From assembly GCA_046760505.1 (NCBI GenBank), contig JBHIEG010000012.1, forward strand, positions 1-62,910: 62,910 bases of DNA, written 5' to 3'. Of this stretch, positions 1-9,425 are shown piece by piece. The translations under genes were made by a program, and so were the position numbers. Numbering within the stretch: position 1 is the stretch's first letter; each line of letters starts with the position of its first letter. Source of the DNA: Candidatus Hydrothermarchaeota archaeon (GTDB lineage Archaea > CAYFZR01). The notes under the pieces are model-generated. The model was not told the origin of the DNA. It ran no database searches and was given only the letters and a program-made list of their open reading frames with translations.

Positions 1-96
1 TTATATTGGGCATATTCATCACCTCTAAATTTAACTTTAATTTATTTATCTATAAATTTTAAAAATGAATTGAAATCTATTTTTACGGGGGATTGA

Positions 97-855
97 ATGT
101 CAGATAAAAACTGGGAGGAAAAATCTATAATACTTAAAGATGTTTTTGGATTAAAAGGAAGTCCTGTAGCGATTAAATATTCTAACACTCCTGCAGGCAA
201 TGCTAGCAAGAGAAGATATAGGGTATGTGGGGCTATTCCTTCTTCTAGGAGCGGAGAAATAATAAATTTATCATCTGAGACTTGTTCGTGTCCTGGAGGA
301 ATATTTCACTTAGGATTAGGCTTACCGAGGGAAGGGCTTGAAAAATTTTTAGTTTACGGAGAAAAACTTTTCTCATCCATAGCAATTGCAAGAAGAATGA
401 GAGAAGCAGCGGATAAAGAGGCTAAACCTCCTTATGGACTTTCAAAATACGTTGTCTTCTCCCCTTTGGAGAAGACAGAATTCGAGCCAGATCTAGTACT
501 ATTTTTATGCAATGCAGAGCAGGCATGTAGGCTTGTTACATTGTTAGGATTCAGCGGAGAAGCCATGCCTAAGGCAAGGCTTGGAGGCTCTCTCTGTTGG
601 AGCACGATTACATATCCTCTTATTTCTGGAAACATAAACGTATCACTGGGAGACATTTCTGCTAGAAGAATAGAGAAGTACGATCCAAATGAATTGATCG
701 TGAGCGTTCCAATAAACAAAATTCCGTTAATTTTAGAAAGCATAGATCATTGCATAGCGGGAAAAGCAAAACCATCAAAAGAATTCGAGGAAATTATTCA
801 AAAAATAGAGGAAGGAAAAGCGTCTATTGAAGATTTAAGAGATCTTTTCGAGTAA
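97..855 (+). CDS. DUF169 family protein
   Basis: SPVAIK start, C..CPGG..HLGL, EPDLVLFLCNAEQA..L, GGSLC, SLGD.SAR and ELIVS.P segments match the DUF169 layout; GGGGA SD-like sequence upstream. Confidence 0.8.
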   Translation: MSDKNWEEKSIILKDVFGLKGSPVAIKYSNTPAGNASKRRYRVCGAIPSSRSGEIINLSSETCSCPGGIFHLGLGLPREGLEKFLVYGEKLFSSIAIARRMREAADKEAKPPYGLSKYVVFSPLEKTEFEPDLVLFLCNAEQACRLVTLLGFSGEAMPKARLGGSLCWSTITYPLISGNINVSLGDISARRIEKYDPNELIVSVPINKIPLILESIDHCIAGKAKPSKEFEEIIQKIEEGKASIEDLRDLFE

Positions 856-1083
856 ATGAGATTGAGACAGAATCAATAGGGTGCGATGGAATTTGAAGAA
901 AGAATATTCGAACTCTCGGATAATGCCAAACAAGTTGCAAATGAACTAAAGGGAGAAGTTCGGAACGGTTAAAACAGGGACCCAAACTTTTCAGCATTGA
1001 GACCTCTAAGGTATAGAACAAAGTATATAATTTCCAATCATTATTTTTTTAGAATGTCCTTATCGAGCGATAATAAATATTCT

Positions 1084-2175
1084 ATGCGTTTAAAAAATCA
1101 AAGGACAATATTCCATGTAGACATGGATAGTTTCTTCTCCTCCATAGAGGTTAGAGAAAATCCCAGTCTAAAAGGCTTGCCCGTAGTTGTTGGAGCAGAT
1201 CCAAAAGAAGGCAAGGGAAGAGGAGTAGTAAGCACCGCGTCATATGAGGCAAGAGAATATGGCATTTACTCAGGAATGCCAATATCGAAGGCATATAAGT
1301 TATGCCCGCACGCAAAGTTCCTACCTGTTAACATGCCTCTCTACCGAAAGGTTTCTTCTAAAGTAATGAGCATTCTGAGAAAATATGCTGACAAATTCGA
1401 GCAAGTAAGCGTAGATGAAGCCTATCTTGATGTTACTCACAAGATAAGAAGATACGAAAGCCAAATAGATCTCGCCTTGGAAATAAAGAAAGAGATATAC
1501 CACAAGGAGAAACTCACGTGCTCCATTGGCATAGGTCCAAATAAAACCATAGCAAAAATAGCATCAGATTTCAAAAAACCAGATGGCTTAACTCTAGTAG
1601 AACCTCATGAGGTAAAGGAATTTTTAAGACCATTGCCAGTTAGAAAATTGCCTGGAATCGGAAAGAAAACCGAAAAGATGTTGAATGAAATGGGAATCGA
1701 AAACATAGGTCAGCTCGCAGAGATTGATCTACAGAGTCTCATCAGGGTATTCGGGAATAAGTTAGGTTACCGCTTACACCTTTTGGCGAATGGCGTAGAT
1801 GAGAGTGACGTAGGAGAGATAAAAGAAGTCAAATCTTTAAGCAGGCAGATCACATTTGAAGAGGATACAAGCGATTCCTCTCTTTTGATTAAGACGATCG
1901 ACCATATTTCTGAGAAGTTGTACAGGGATCTAACGAAAGAAGGTTACGAATTCAGAACCGTATCTATAAAAGTAAGGCTAGAAGACTTTGAAACACACAC
2001 AAGGGCTAGAACATTTGATTCCTTCACAAAAGATCCTAATTTAATCAAAAAAATATCAAAAGAATTGTTGAAGGAGTTCTTGGGGAAAAAGAAAATAAGA
2101 ATGATCGGAATAAGACTATCAAACCTAGAAAGAATAGATGAGAAGCAGAGGTTCATAGAAGAATTCATTATTTAG
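1084..2175 (+). CDS. dinB: DNA polymerase IV (Y-family, DinB/Dpo4)
   Basis: HVDMDSFF, ASYEAR, SVDEAYLD, K..AKIASD..KPDG and LPGIG motifs; start moved to ATG 1084 just before the first motif; PIP-like C-terminus QRFIEEFI. Confidence 0.95.
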   Translation: MRLKNQRTIFHVDMDSFFSSIEVRENPSLKGLPVVVGADPKEGKGRGVVSTASYEAREYGIYSGMPISKAYKLCPHAKFLPVNMPLYRKVSSKVMSILRKYADKFEQVSVDEAYLDVTHKIRRYESQIDLALEIKKEIYHKEKLTCSIGIGPNKTIAKIASDFKKPDGLTLVEPHEVKEFLRPLPVRKLPGIGKKTEKMLNEMGIENIGQLAEIDLQSLIRVFGNKLGYRLHLLANGVDESDVGEIKEVKSLSRQITFEEDTSDSSLLIKTIDHISEKLYRDLTKEGYEFRTVSIKVRLEDFETHTRARTFDSFTKDPNLIKKISKELLKEFLGKKKIRMIGIRLSNLERIDEKQRFIEEFII

Positions 2176-2225
2176 TTAAATTACCAAACAGAAAAAAGTC
2201 TTTATAATAAAACCTTAATTTTTTT

Positions 2226-3179
2226 ATGCCTCTCAAAGATCTATTGGAAAGCAAAAAGCGCCTTATTCTCTTCGGCGGAAAAGGAGGGGTGGGAAAGACT
2301 ACATGTGCTGCTGCTACCGCTCTTCAATTTGCCTCTCATGGTAGAAGTACCCTTATAATATCTAGCGATCCCACCCCTTCTCTGTCAGATATATTCGAAA
2401 CACGCATAGGCGATAAAGAAAAGCGAATAAGAGATGTGAAAAATCTCCATGCAGTTGAGATAAGCTCAGATATTGTCTTGGAGAGATGGAAAAAGAAGTT
2501 TGGCCCTGAGATCCACGATGTGATATCTTCATTTATCCCTGTAGAATACGACTTCATAGAATACATAGGAAAGGCTCCAGGAATTGATGAAGAGTTCATG
2601 CTTGATTACATACTGGAGTTAGTTGAAAACGAGAAATATGATACAATCGTTTGGGATACTGCTCCTGCGGGTCACACCTTGCGATTGTTAACCTTACCTA
2701 CTATATTCATAGATCACCTAGAAGAGGCATCTAACGTTTATTTAAAATTACATGGATATTTTGAAAGAATAAGAAAAGTATTCGGATTAAATAGAGGAAA
2801 ACGATCACCTCTTGATATAATAGAAGGATGGAAAGGACTTGCTGAAGAAATCTTGAACCTGCTTAAAGACAAGAATAAAACCGAGTTCGTGATCGTTACA
2901 ATACCTGAAGCATTGGGAGTTTATCAAACTGAGAGGCTTATCGATGTAACAAGAGATTTTGGACTAAGGATCAATCACATGATAGTAAACAATGTTATTA
3001 AAGATGCTGACTGTGATTTTCATATCGCAAGAAAGGAGATGCAAAAGAAATACATAGAATTTCTGGAGGAAAAATACGGCGAATCCATGAGCATAGTATA
3101 TGTTTATCTGTATCCCCATGAGATAAAAGGCGTAGAGAGAATAATGGAGGTCTCACAGAGTTTATTCAGTAATCATTAG
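2226..3179 (+). CDS. ArsA/Get3-family ATPase (single domain)
   Basis: GKGGVGKT deviant Walker A, SSDP.PSLSD, APGIDE and DTAPAGH motifs. Confidence 0.9.
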   Translation: MPLKDLLESKKRLILFGGKGGVGKTTCAAATALQFASHGRSTLIISSDPTPSLSDIFETRIGDKEKRIRDVKNLHAVEISSDIVLERWKKKFGPEIHDVISSFIPVEYDFIEYIGKAPGIDEEFMLDYILELVENEKYDTIVWDTAPAGHTLRLLTLPTIFIDHLEEASNVYLKLHGYFERIRKVFGLNRGKRSPLDIIEGWKGLAEEILNLLKDKNKTEFVIVTIPEALGVYQTERLIDVTRDFGLRINHMIVNNVIKDADCDFHIARKEMQKKYIEFLEEKYGESMSIVYVYLYPHEIKGVERIMEVSQSLFSNH

Positions 3180-3194
3180 GAGATAAAGATAAAA

Positions 3195-3902
3195 ATGAAA
3201 AGCGAGACCGATATTTCAATCAAGGAGCGAGTGAAAAAATTTTACGATGAGCAATGGGGAAAGCTCACAACAAAAGAGGCTTTGGACAGGAAAATAAATC
3301 TAAACTCAATAATCAAGCCACTAATAGAGTTCAGCGGGATAAGGGACGGAGACAGAATAGTCGATTTGGGATGTGGAACCGGTACATTAGCGATTGCGAT
3401 CGCTGAATTAAACAAAAACACAAAAATTTATGGCATTGATATATCAAGGGAAAGTTTGAGAGTAGCGAAAAAGATAATTGTTGATCTTGGTTTAGAAAAC
3501 GCAATCAATCTCATAGAAGCAGATATTGATTTTATGCCCTTTTTAGATAATTTCTTTGATTTAGTTGTCAGTCAAGCCACAATAAACCTGTTACCTGATA
3601 AGATGAAGGCATTCAATGAAATTTCAAGAATAACAAGAAAAGGAGGAACTATTGTTATATCGGATTGCACAAGCAAAACTAAGGTCTGCGGCAGCGATGA
3701 ACTGTGGAACAAGTGTATAACAGGAGCTCCATCATTTGATGAATTCGTCAATTACGCTAGTGATGCTAATTTGAGTTTGGTTGATTATTTAAAACTCACT
3801 GATGAAGTAAGACATCTTGTAGAGGAAAACCTTTGGCATTGGCCCGAGTTTTTGGAGTTTGATATGGAATACTTCGTGTTTAAACTAAAAAAACAAAATT
3901 AA
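3195..3902 (+). CDS. Class I SAM-dependent methyltransferase, ArsM-like
   Basis: VDLGCGTG motif I, GIDIS, FDLVVS..INL.PDK and LWNKCITGA (ArsM-like C-terminal segment). Confidence 0.8.
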   Translation: MKSETDISIKERVKKFYDEQWGKLTTKEALDRKINLNSIIKPLIEFSGIRDGDRIVDLGCGTGTLAIAIAELNKNTKIYGIDISRESLRVAKKIIVDLGLENAINLIEADIDFMPFLDNFFDLVVSQATINLLPDKMKAFNEISRITRKGGTIVISDCTSKTKVCGSDELWNKCITGAPSFDEFVNYASDANLSLVDYLKLTDEVRHLVEENLWHWPEFLEFDMEYFVFKLKKQN

Positions 3903-3903
3903 A

Positions 3904-3931
3904 AGAACTATACTATTAGAACTATATTATT
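3904..3931. repeat. Tandem 14-bp repeat AGAACTATA(C/T)TATT x2
   Basis: AGAACTATACTATT followed immediately by AGAACTATATTATT in the intergenic region. Confidence 0.6.
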
Positions 3932-4018
3932 AAAAGATGTATTTAACTATTAAACTCATTTGTTTAAAAAAAGGTTTATCTTCTATTGGATCCTACTATT
4001 AAACAGGTTGGGGAGGCT

Positions 4019-4408
4019 TTGGAAGAGAGAGAATGTAGATGTATTAAATGTAATAACGAACTTTTCAGGGGTTATAGAGAAAAAATAGGCTTAAAATGGA
4101 ATATTCAAGGTTACAAAAACGATGCGATATATATTCCAAACGTTGGTTGGCTATGCCTAAATCATTTTACAAAGGAAGGATTAATTCATGATATATATGT
4201 GAAATACTACTCGTGCAGGGTCTATTTACTGAAAGATAAAGTTTACGTGGATGAAAAATTAACGTTTAGCGCCCGTGAAAATCTAAGGGTCTACAAACTT
4301 AAACCCTCTATGCCATTCAATCATTTCTGGGGAAACTACGAAGAAATCAGAGAAAATAAGATTTCAGAGAAGTCAGATGCTCCTACGAAAAAGGTGTGGG
4401 TCCCTTAG
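4019..4408 (+). CDS. Hypothetical protein with a putative Zn-binding motif (CxxC...CxxH)
   Basis: ORF 3986..4408; GGGGAGG precedes an in-frame TTG at 4019; CIKC and CLNH motifs. Confidence 0.55.
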   Translation: MEERECRCIKCNNELFRGYREKIGLKWNIQGYKNDAIYIPNVGWLCLNHFTKEGLIHDIYVKYYSCRVYLLKDKVYVDEKLTFSARENLRVYKLKPSMPFNHFWGNYEEIRENKISEKSDAPTKKVWVP

Positions 4409-4415
4409 GCTGTAT

Positions 4416-7256
4416 CTATTTCCTATGCTCTTTACGCTCTAAGAAATACTCTATGTAGTCTTCAGCTTTCATGCTAACTTCCTTAAGTCGTTCATTAAGT
4501 TTGTCGATCTGTGACTTTAGCAATGCGTTTTCTGATTCCAATGATTCAATCCTAGTTTGTAAATCTACTTTTTCTTGCTCTAATTTTTCTAACCTCTCTT
4601 TTCTTGCTATTTCTACCGAATAAAGACTGCTCTCCACCATTCCAAATACTTTAGATATTGAAATCTCTGTTTCCACTAGCGCATTCTTTGCCCTGTAAAG
4701 GTATTCTTTTGTAGCCTCTTTTCCAGTTACTACTCCTCTCCCGGTTATTAGCTCTAGTCCTTCCATTATGTAACCAAGATTTTTGTACGCGTATCTGCAG
4801 TTTTCAATCGACGAATTTATTTCCAATGAAAAATCCTCATTTGAAAATGGTTTAGCATCTTCTATCTCTAAATCTGCTTTTTCTACTATTGATGCACCAT
4901 ACGCTGATATATTTTCGATCAAATTCCTTATTGAATCTCTAATTGACTGAATTTTATCTAAATTTCCTAGATCAACTGAACCCATTTCTGCATTTATTTT
5001 CTTAATTTCGGATTTTATTGTATCTTTTAACTCTGATAACTCCTTAATCTCTCCTGGTATCGTATGATAAAGTTCTATTTGATTAGAAAGCCTTTCTATT
5101 TCTCTTCTCAAATTTTTCTCGATTGCTTCCTTTTGGTTTAGTTCACTCAATATTTTCTGTCTTTCTCTCTCTTTTTCATGGAGTGCATATCTAAGGCTCT
5201 CCAATTCTCCACTCAGATTTATATTTTCAGACTCAAGAAGATTTTTTTCTTCTACCATTACCTCTAACTCTTTTAATTTTTCTTTTAATTCTTCTATGAT
5301 GGCTGAATTTTTTCTTTCCAGCTCCTGATATTTTTTGAGCTTTATTAGCGTTTCTTTACGTTTTTCCTCAAGTTCAGATATTTCTCTTGATTTTTTATCC
5401 AAAATACCTTTTATCTTGGCTAATTTATCCTCAAAATCTTTTATCTTCAATTCATAATTGTTTAATTGTTCTTTTAATTCCTCAGATTTCTTTTCGAGTA
5501 TTTTCACCCTATTTTTTTCAGATAAAAGGTTTTTTGTTGCCTCAACAAGGGCAGTATTTTTCATTATTGCCTGGTTTGATAATTCGTTTATCTTCTTTGA
5601 TTGTTCTTCGATTGTTTCTTTGAGTTTTTTTGACTCTTCTTCGAATTTGATGCGAAGACCTTTCTCCTCTACAAGCGAATTCTTTGTAGAAGATAAATTT
5701 GCATACGCTTCTGTCAATTTTTCTTCTATTATGCTTATTTTTCTTTTTAACTCCATATTATCGATTTTTAAATATTCCTTCCCTTTTAATGCGGCTTCAA
5801 GTTTATTTATTTTGTTTTCAAGATCTACTATCTTCCTCTTCTGATCCTCCTTTATTTCTTTTAATTTACCTACTTCGACCTCCAATTCTTCCTTTAGAAT
5901 CGAATCTCTCTCTAGATTCTTTGCTTTCTCTCTTAGTTCTCTTATCTCCTTTGATTGTGTATCCAACTTTAATGACTTATCATGATTTTCTTCTTCAAGC
6001 TTTAGTAAATTTGCTCTTTCTATAGAAAGTTCTTCTTTTATTTTTTCCAATTCTATCTCTTTTTCCTCCAATTTCTTGTTTAAGATTTCTAATTCAGATT
6101 CCAATTCATTTTTCTCTTCTTTTAGATTTTCTAGGCGTTTTACTTTTGATTTAAGTTGATTTACAGTCTCTTCAAGCTCTTTTATCCTTTCTTTTCTCTC
6201 TTTTTCTAATTTTTCTTGTTTTCTTATCTCAATCATCAGATCTTCAATTTTCTGGGATTTTTCCTCAATTTGTTCTTTGAGATCTGAAGATTCAGATATT
6301 AACCTTTTATTGAAAGAAATTTCATCAGACAACCTTGAGTTAAGGTCTGCCAGTCTTAATCTTTCCTCTTCGAGGATTTTTTTCAGTTTATTAACTTCTC
6401 CCTTCAATTCTTTGTTTTCTTCAACAAAAGTTTCTTTCATCTTGATTTCGGATTCCAAATCGACTATTTTCTCTTTAAGTTTGTTTAGATCTTCTGTTTT
6501 TTCTTTTTCAAGTTTTTTTAGGCTCTTTATTTCTGATTCTAGCTCTTCTCTCTGTTTTCGGAATTCTTTTTCTTTCTCCTTCAATTTTTCTTTTAATTCG
6601 TCCCTCTGGGCTTCAACACTAGATCTAATCGTGCTCTCTTCAGACAATTTCTGGGTCAAAAATTTGATTTCTTCTTCTCTCTCTTTTAACAGTTTATTGA
6701 GCTTTTTTTGCTCTATTTTCAGCTGGTTTGATTCTTCCTTTATCTTCTCAAGTTTCTTTTTATCAGAAAGCAGTCTTTCTAGGTTTTCTTCAAGCTCTTT
6801 TATCCTTTCTTTTCTCTCTTTTTCTAATTTTTCCCTCAATGCTTTCTCGTTGGCAAGGTTTTCACTGAGTTTTTCCATTTCTCTTTCTCTCTCTGATAAA
6901 AGGCTCTTTACAGAATCTAATTCCCCCCTTAACTTGATGTTTTCTTCTTCGAAAAATTCAAGAGTTTTCAATTTAGATTTATAATCGAGTAAGGCTTTTT
7001 TAAGCCTCTCGTTTTCCTTAGATTTTTCTTCTAAAATTTTCTTGATTGATTCCACGTCGGAAACCAGCGTAATAGCGCTGGTAACGTATTTTTCTATCAA
7101 GTTTATGGGAATTTTTGATTTCTCTGATATCTCATAAGCATCCATTGATAAGAGGTCGTCGACAGATTTCACCCCTGCCATTTCCAATTGGCTCGCTCTT
7201 TTCTTCCCGATCCCTTTTATTTTTGATACTGGAATTTTTTCCTCCCTATGACTCAT
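4416..7256 (-). CDS. Large coiled-coil protein with N-terminal helix-hairpin-helix domain
   Basis: N-terminal IKGIGKKRASQLEMAGVKSVDDLL (HhH_5-like), then roughly 700 aa of E/K/L heptad-rich sequence; no Walker motifs seen. Confidence 0.85.
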   Translation of the reverse strand: MSHREEKIPVSKIKGIGKKRASQLEMAGVKSVDDLLSMDAYEISEKSKIPINLIEKYVTSAITLVSDVESIKKILEEKSKENERLKKALLDYKSKLKTLEFFEEENIKLRGELDSVKSLLSEREREMEKLSENLANEKALREKLEKERKERIKELEENLERLLSDKKKLEKIKEESNQLKIEQKKLNKLLKEREEEIKFLTQKLSEESTIRSSVEAQRDELKEKLKEKEKEFRKQREELESEIKSLKKLEKEKTEDLNKLKEKIVDLESEIKMKETFVEENKELKGEVNKLKKILEEERLRLADLNSRLSDEISFNKRLISESSDLKEQIEEKSQKIEDLMIEIRKQEKLEKERKERIKELEETVNQLKSKVKRLENLKEEKNELESELEILNKKLEEKEIELEKIKEELSIERANLLKLEEENHDKSLKLDTQSKEIRELREKAKNLERDSILKEELEVEVGKLKEIKEDQKRKIVDLENKINKLEAALKGKEYLKIDNMELKRKISIIEEKLTEAYANLSSTKNSLVEEKGLRIKFEEESKKLKETIEEQSKKINELSNQAIMKNTALVEATKNLLSEKNRVKILEKKSEELKEQLNNYELKIKDFEDKLAKIKGILDKKSREISELEEKRKETLIKLKKYQELERKNSAIIEELKEKLKELEVMVEEKNLLESENINLSGELESLRYALHEKERERQKILSELNQKEAIEKNLRREIERLSNQIELYHTIPGEIKELSELKDTIKSEIKKINAEMGSVDLGNLDKIQSIRDSIRNLIENISAYGASIVEKADLEIEDAKPFSNEDFSLEINSSIENCRYAYKNLGYIMEGLELITGRGVVTGKEATKEYLYRAKNALVETEISISKVFGMVESSLYSVEIARKERLEKLEQEKVDLQTRIESLESENALLKSQIDKLNERLKEVSMKAEDYIEYFLERKEHRK
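6169..6833. repeat. Exact 47-bp direct repeat (6169-6215 and 6787-6833) inside the coiled-coil gene
   Basis: tcttcaagctcttttatcctttcttttctctctttttctaatttttc occurs twice, 618 bp apart and in frame (EKLEKERKERIKELEE). Confidence 0.9.
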
Positions 7257-7326
7257 GCATATTAATTTGTACTCTGAACATAAAATAATTTTTGATTCGA
7301 ATTTGGTTATTTTTCCAACGAATCTG

Positions 7327-8355
7327 TTATTCTTGAATTTTAATATAATCTTCTACTTTTTTGGCTATTGCGTCAGACATCTCGCTTGTCTTGGCTTTGC
7401 CGCCAAGATCGTAAGTAACGGTTTTACTCTCTTTTATTATATCTTCTACCGCTTTTTCAATGATTTTTGAGTATTTCTCTTCTCCCAGATATTTTAACAT
7501 CATGGCGCCTGAGAGAATCGTTGCAGATGGATTTACCTTATTTTGACCTTTATATTTTGGTGCTGAACCATGAACAGGCTCAAACATCGCATAATCATCT
7601 CCTATGTTCGCACCTGGAGAGAGACCAATAGAGCCGGTCAATGCAGCCAGCTCATCGCTCAGAATATCCCCAAATAGATTTGTTGTAACGAGAACATCAT
7701 ACCACTCTGGTCTCCTTATGAGCCACATTGCGGTAGCATCTACATGAGAATCATCAAACTCTATATCTGGATACTCCTTAGAAACCTCTTTACAAATATT
7801 TAAGAACAAACCACAAGTTTCCTTGCATATATTCGCCTTGTGTACTGCTGTTACCTTCTTTCTTTTCTCTTTCCTTGCCAATTCAAACGCAAACCTTGAT
7901 ATTCTCTCACTTCCCTTTTTTGTGATTGTTCTTATCCCTATTGCAGTATCTTCATTTAATTTGAATTCCAATCCCTTGTACAATCCCTCAGTATTCTCTC
8001 TTACGAGAATAACATCCAACTTATCAACAGGAGCACTAACGCCCTCCCTTTTTTTAAAAGGTCTTACATTAGCATAGAGTTGGAATTCTTGTCTTATCGT
8101 TACAGCAACGCTCTTTGGAGAATCTGGCCCCTGAGGAGTTGTTGTAGGGCCTTTTAAGAGGGCATCAGTTTCTTTCAAAATCTCCATGGTTTCATCTGGC
8201 ACTAGAGAATTGGAATTGTGCTTTTTCCAGTATTCGTAGCCAGCATCAACAGATATAAACTCGAATTTTACTGGTATTTTTTCCAAAACATTTAGGCAGG
8301 CAGATACTACCTCAGGACCTATTCCATCTCCATGGATGATGCCAACCTTATACAT
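7327..8355 (-). CDS. Isocitrate/isopropylmalate dehydrogenase family protein (LeuB/AksF-like)
   Basis: GDGIGPEV, RENTEGLY, VHKANI, NLFGDILSD and EPVHGSAP motifs; start placed at ATG 8355. Confidence 0.92.
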   Translation of the reverse strand: MYKVGIIHGDGIGPEVVSACLNVLEKIPVKFEFISVDAGYEYWKKHNSNSLVPDETMEILKETDALLKGPTTTPQGPDSPKSVAVTIRQEFQLYANVRPFKKREGVSAPVDKLDVILVRENTEGLYKGLEFKLNEDTAIGIRTITKKGSERISRFAFELARKEKRKKVTAVHKANICKETCGLFLNICKEVSKEYPDIEFDDSHVDATAMWLIRRPEWYDVLVTTNLFGDILSDELAALTGSIGLSPGANIGDDYAMFEPVHGSAPKYKGQNKVNPSATILSGAMMLKYLGEEKYSKIIEKAVEDIIKESKTVTYDLGGKAKTSEMSDAIAKKVEDYIKIQE

Positions 8356-8363
8356 TAGAACAC

Positions 8364-8630
8364 CTAAAGACATCTGGAGAGATGCACAACATCTATTTCT
8401 CCTACTCCTTCAATTTTTTTAATTTCTTCTTCTACCTCGCTTATCCCACCTTCTTTGTCCTCAACAACAACTGAAACTTTGAGAGCCGTTAGTCCAAATG
8501 CTATGGGCTCTTCTTCGTATCCGACAATCCTTATTTTTGATAATCTTTCCTCTATTCTTTCTTTTAAATGTTCTGGTTTTATGTCTACGTTTTCAGGCAT
8601 TATTTTTAATATTGCTAAGACTTCTCCCAA
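8364..8630 (-). CDS. ef1b: Translation elongation factor aEF-1beta
   Basis: KIMPE...EEPIAFGL.AL...EE.I..IEGV signature; 88 aa. Confidence 0.95.
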   Translation of the reverse strand: MGEVLAILKIMPENVDIKPEHLKERIEERLSKIRIVGYEEEPIAFGLTALKVSVVVEDKEGGISEVEEEIKKIEGVGEIDVVHLSRCL

Positions 8631-8639
8631 TTAAACCAC

Positions 8640-8810
8640 CTATGGACCTTCAAAACCGCAATTGCTGCATTTATAAACGTTGCTCAGTCTCCTACAGTTA
8701 TGACACCTCTTTATTTCTACCTCTCCACAGTTTGGACACGGAAATATAGTATAGGATTCGTGGGGGAGCAGATATTCCCCGCATGTGGTGCAACTCTCAT
8801 ACTCTGGCAA
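8640..8810 (-). CDS. Small Zn-ribbon protein (HVO_2753/DUF1610 family), absent from the ORF track
   Basis: Manual translation MPEYESCTTCGEYLLPHESYTIFPCPNCGEVEIKRCHNCRRLSNVYKCSNCGFEGP; four CxxC motifs; GGAGG SD; lies directly upstream of ef1b, as is typical for this family. Confidence 0.92.
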   Translation of the reverse strand: MPEYESCTTCGEYLLPHESYTIFPCPNCGEVEIKRCHNCRRLSNVYKCSNCGFEGP

Positions 8811-9425
8811 TCAACCTCCTCCGATGATTTTCGTATATATTGAATCCTCTCTCTCGAGTATTTTCCTAATCCTATGAACTTTTTTCCCGTTAACCACGAA
8901 TGCATCCATCTTATTTTCTATCAAGAATTTTGGAAAGGCTTTATCAACACATGTTTCCTTTCCTAATATTTCCTCTGCCCTAATTTCTTTTTTGAGCTTG
9001 TTTTTTATGTATACTCCATCTACGTCGGTAGCGATTATCAACATCGAACCTGTTTTTTTTGCTACGAAGGCACTTATAGTATCTGATGTAACCTCCCAGC
9101 TTGGCTCAAATGGATCTTCCATGTGAGAGTAGAGTAATACCGAAAGTCTCTTTTTATTCATGGATTCCAAATCCTTTATGCATTTAATCTTTTCGCTCCA
9201 CTGGGAGATGAAATATGCATACTGATCCATGGCTAGAATCGCCATTCTATGGCTTATAGCAGGATCAAGACCGTATTTTTTGTCAATTTCCCTTACGAGA
9301 TTTGAAAAAGGTCCTGCACCCGGTACTATTAGGATTTCATGCTCCTCCGCCATCTCAGCTATCTTAGGTATATTCTTCTCAGAATAATCAATCAGGCTTC
9401 CCCCCCACTTTATCACTGCACGCAT
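8811..9425 (-). CDS. mfnE: [5-(aminomethyl)furan-3-yl]methyl phosphate kinase (amino-acid kinase family)
   Basis: VIKWGGSL, VPGAGPF, H.MAILAMDQ, SWEVTSD and TDVDG motifs; next to mfnF and ef1b, matching the MJ0458/MJ0459 arrangement. Confidence 0.88.
   Translation of the reverse strand: MRAVIKWGGSLIDYSEKNIPKIAEMAEEHEILIVPGAGPFSNLVREIDKKYGLDPAISHRMAILAMDQYAYFISQWSEKIKCIKDLESMNKKRLSVLLYSHMEDPFEPSWEVTSDTISAFVAKKTGSMLIIATDVDGVYIKNKLKKEIRAEEILGKETCVDKAFPKFLIENKMDAFVVNGKKVHRIRKILEREDSIYTKIIGGG

Noticed and set aside
855-972. Short frame reading ...GCDGI-TGA-RRIFEL..., a possible selenocysteine read-through
   Set aside because: There is no in-frame start codon, no recognisable selenoprotein family and no evident SECIS; it is more likely intergenic sequence or a decayed fragment.
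5387-6984. Several plus-strand ORFs of up to 235 aa
   Set aside because: These are S/F/L-rich antisense shadows of the E/K-rich coiled-coil gene; the same applies to the many other antisense ORFs in the track.
4416-7256. SMC/Rad50 annotation for the long coiled-coil protein
   Set aside because: No Walker A/B, signature motif, hinge or CxxC hook is present.
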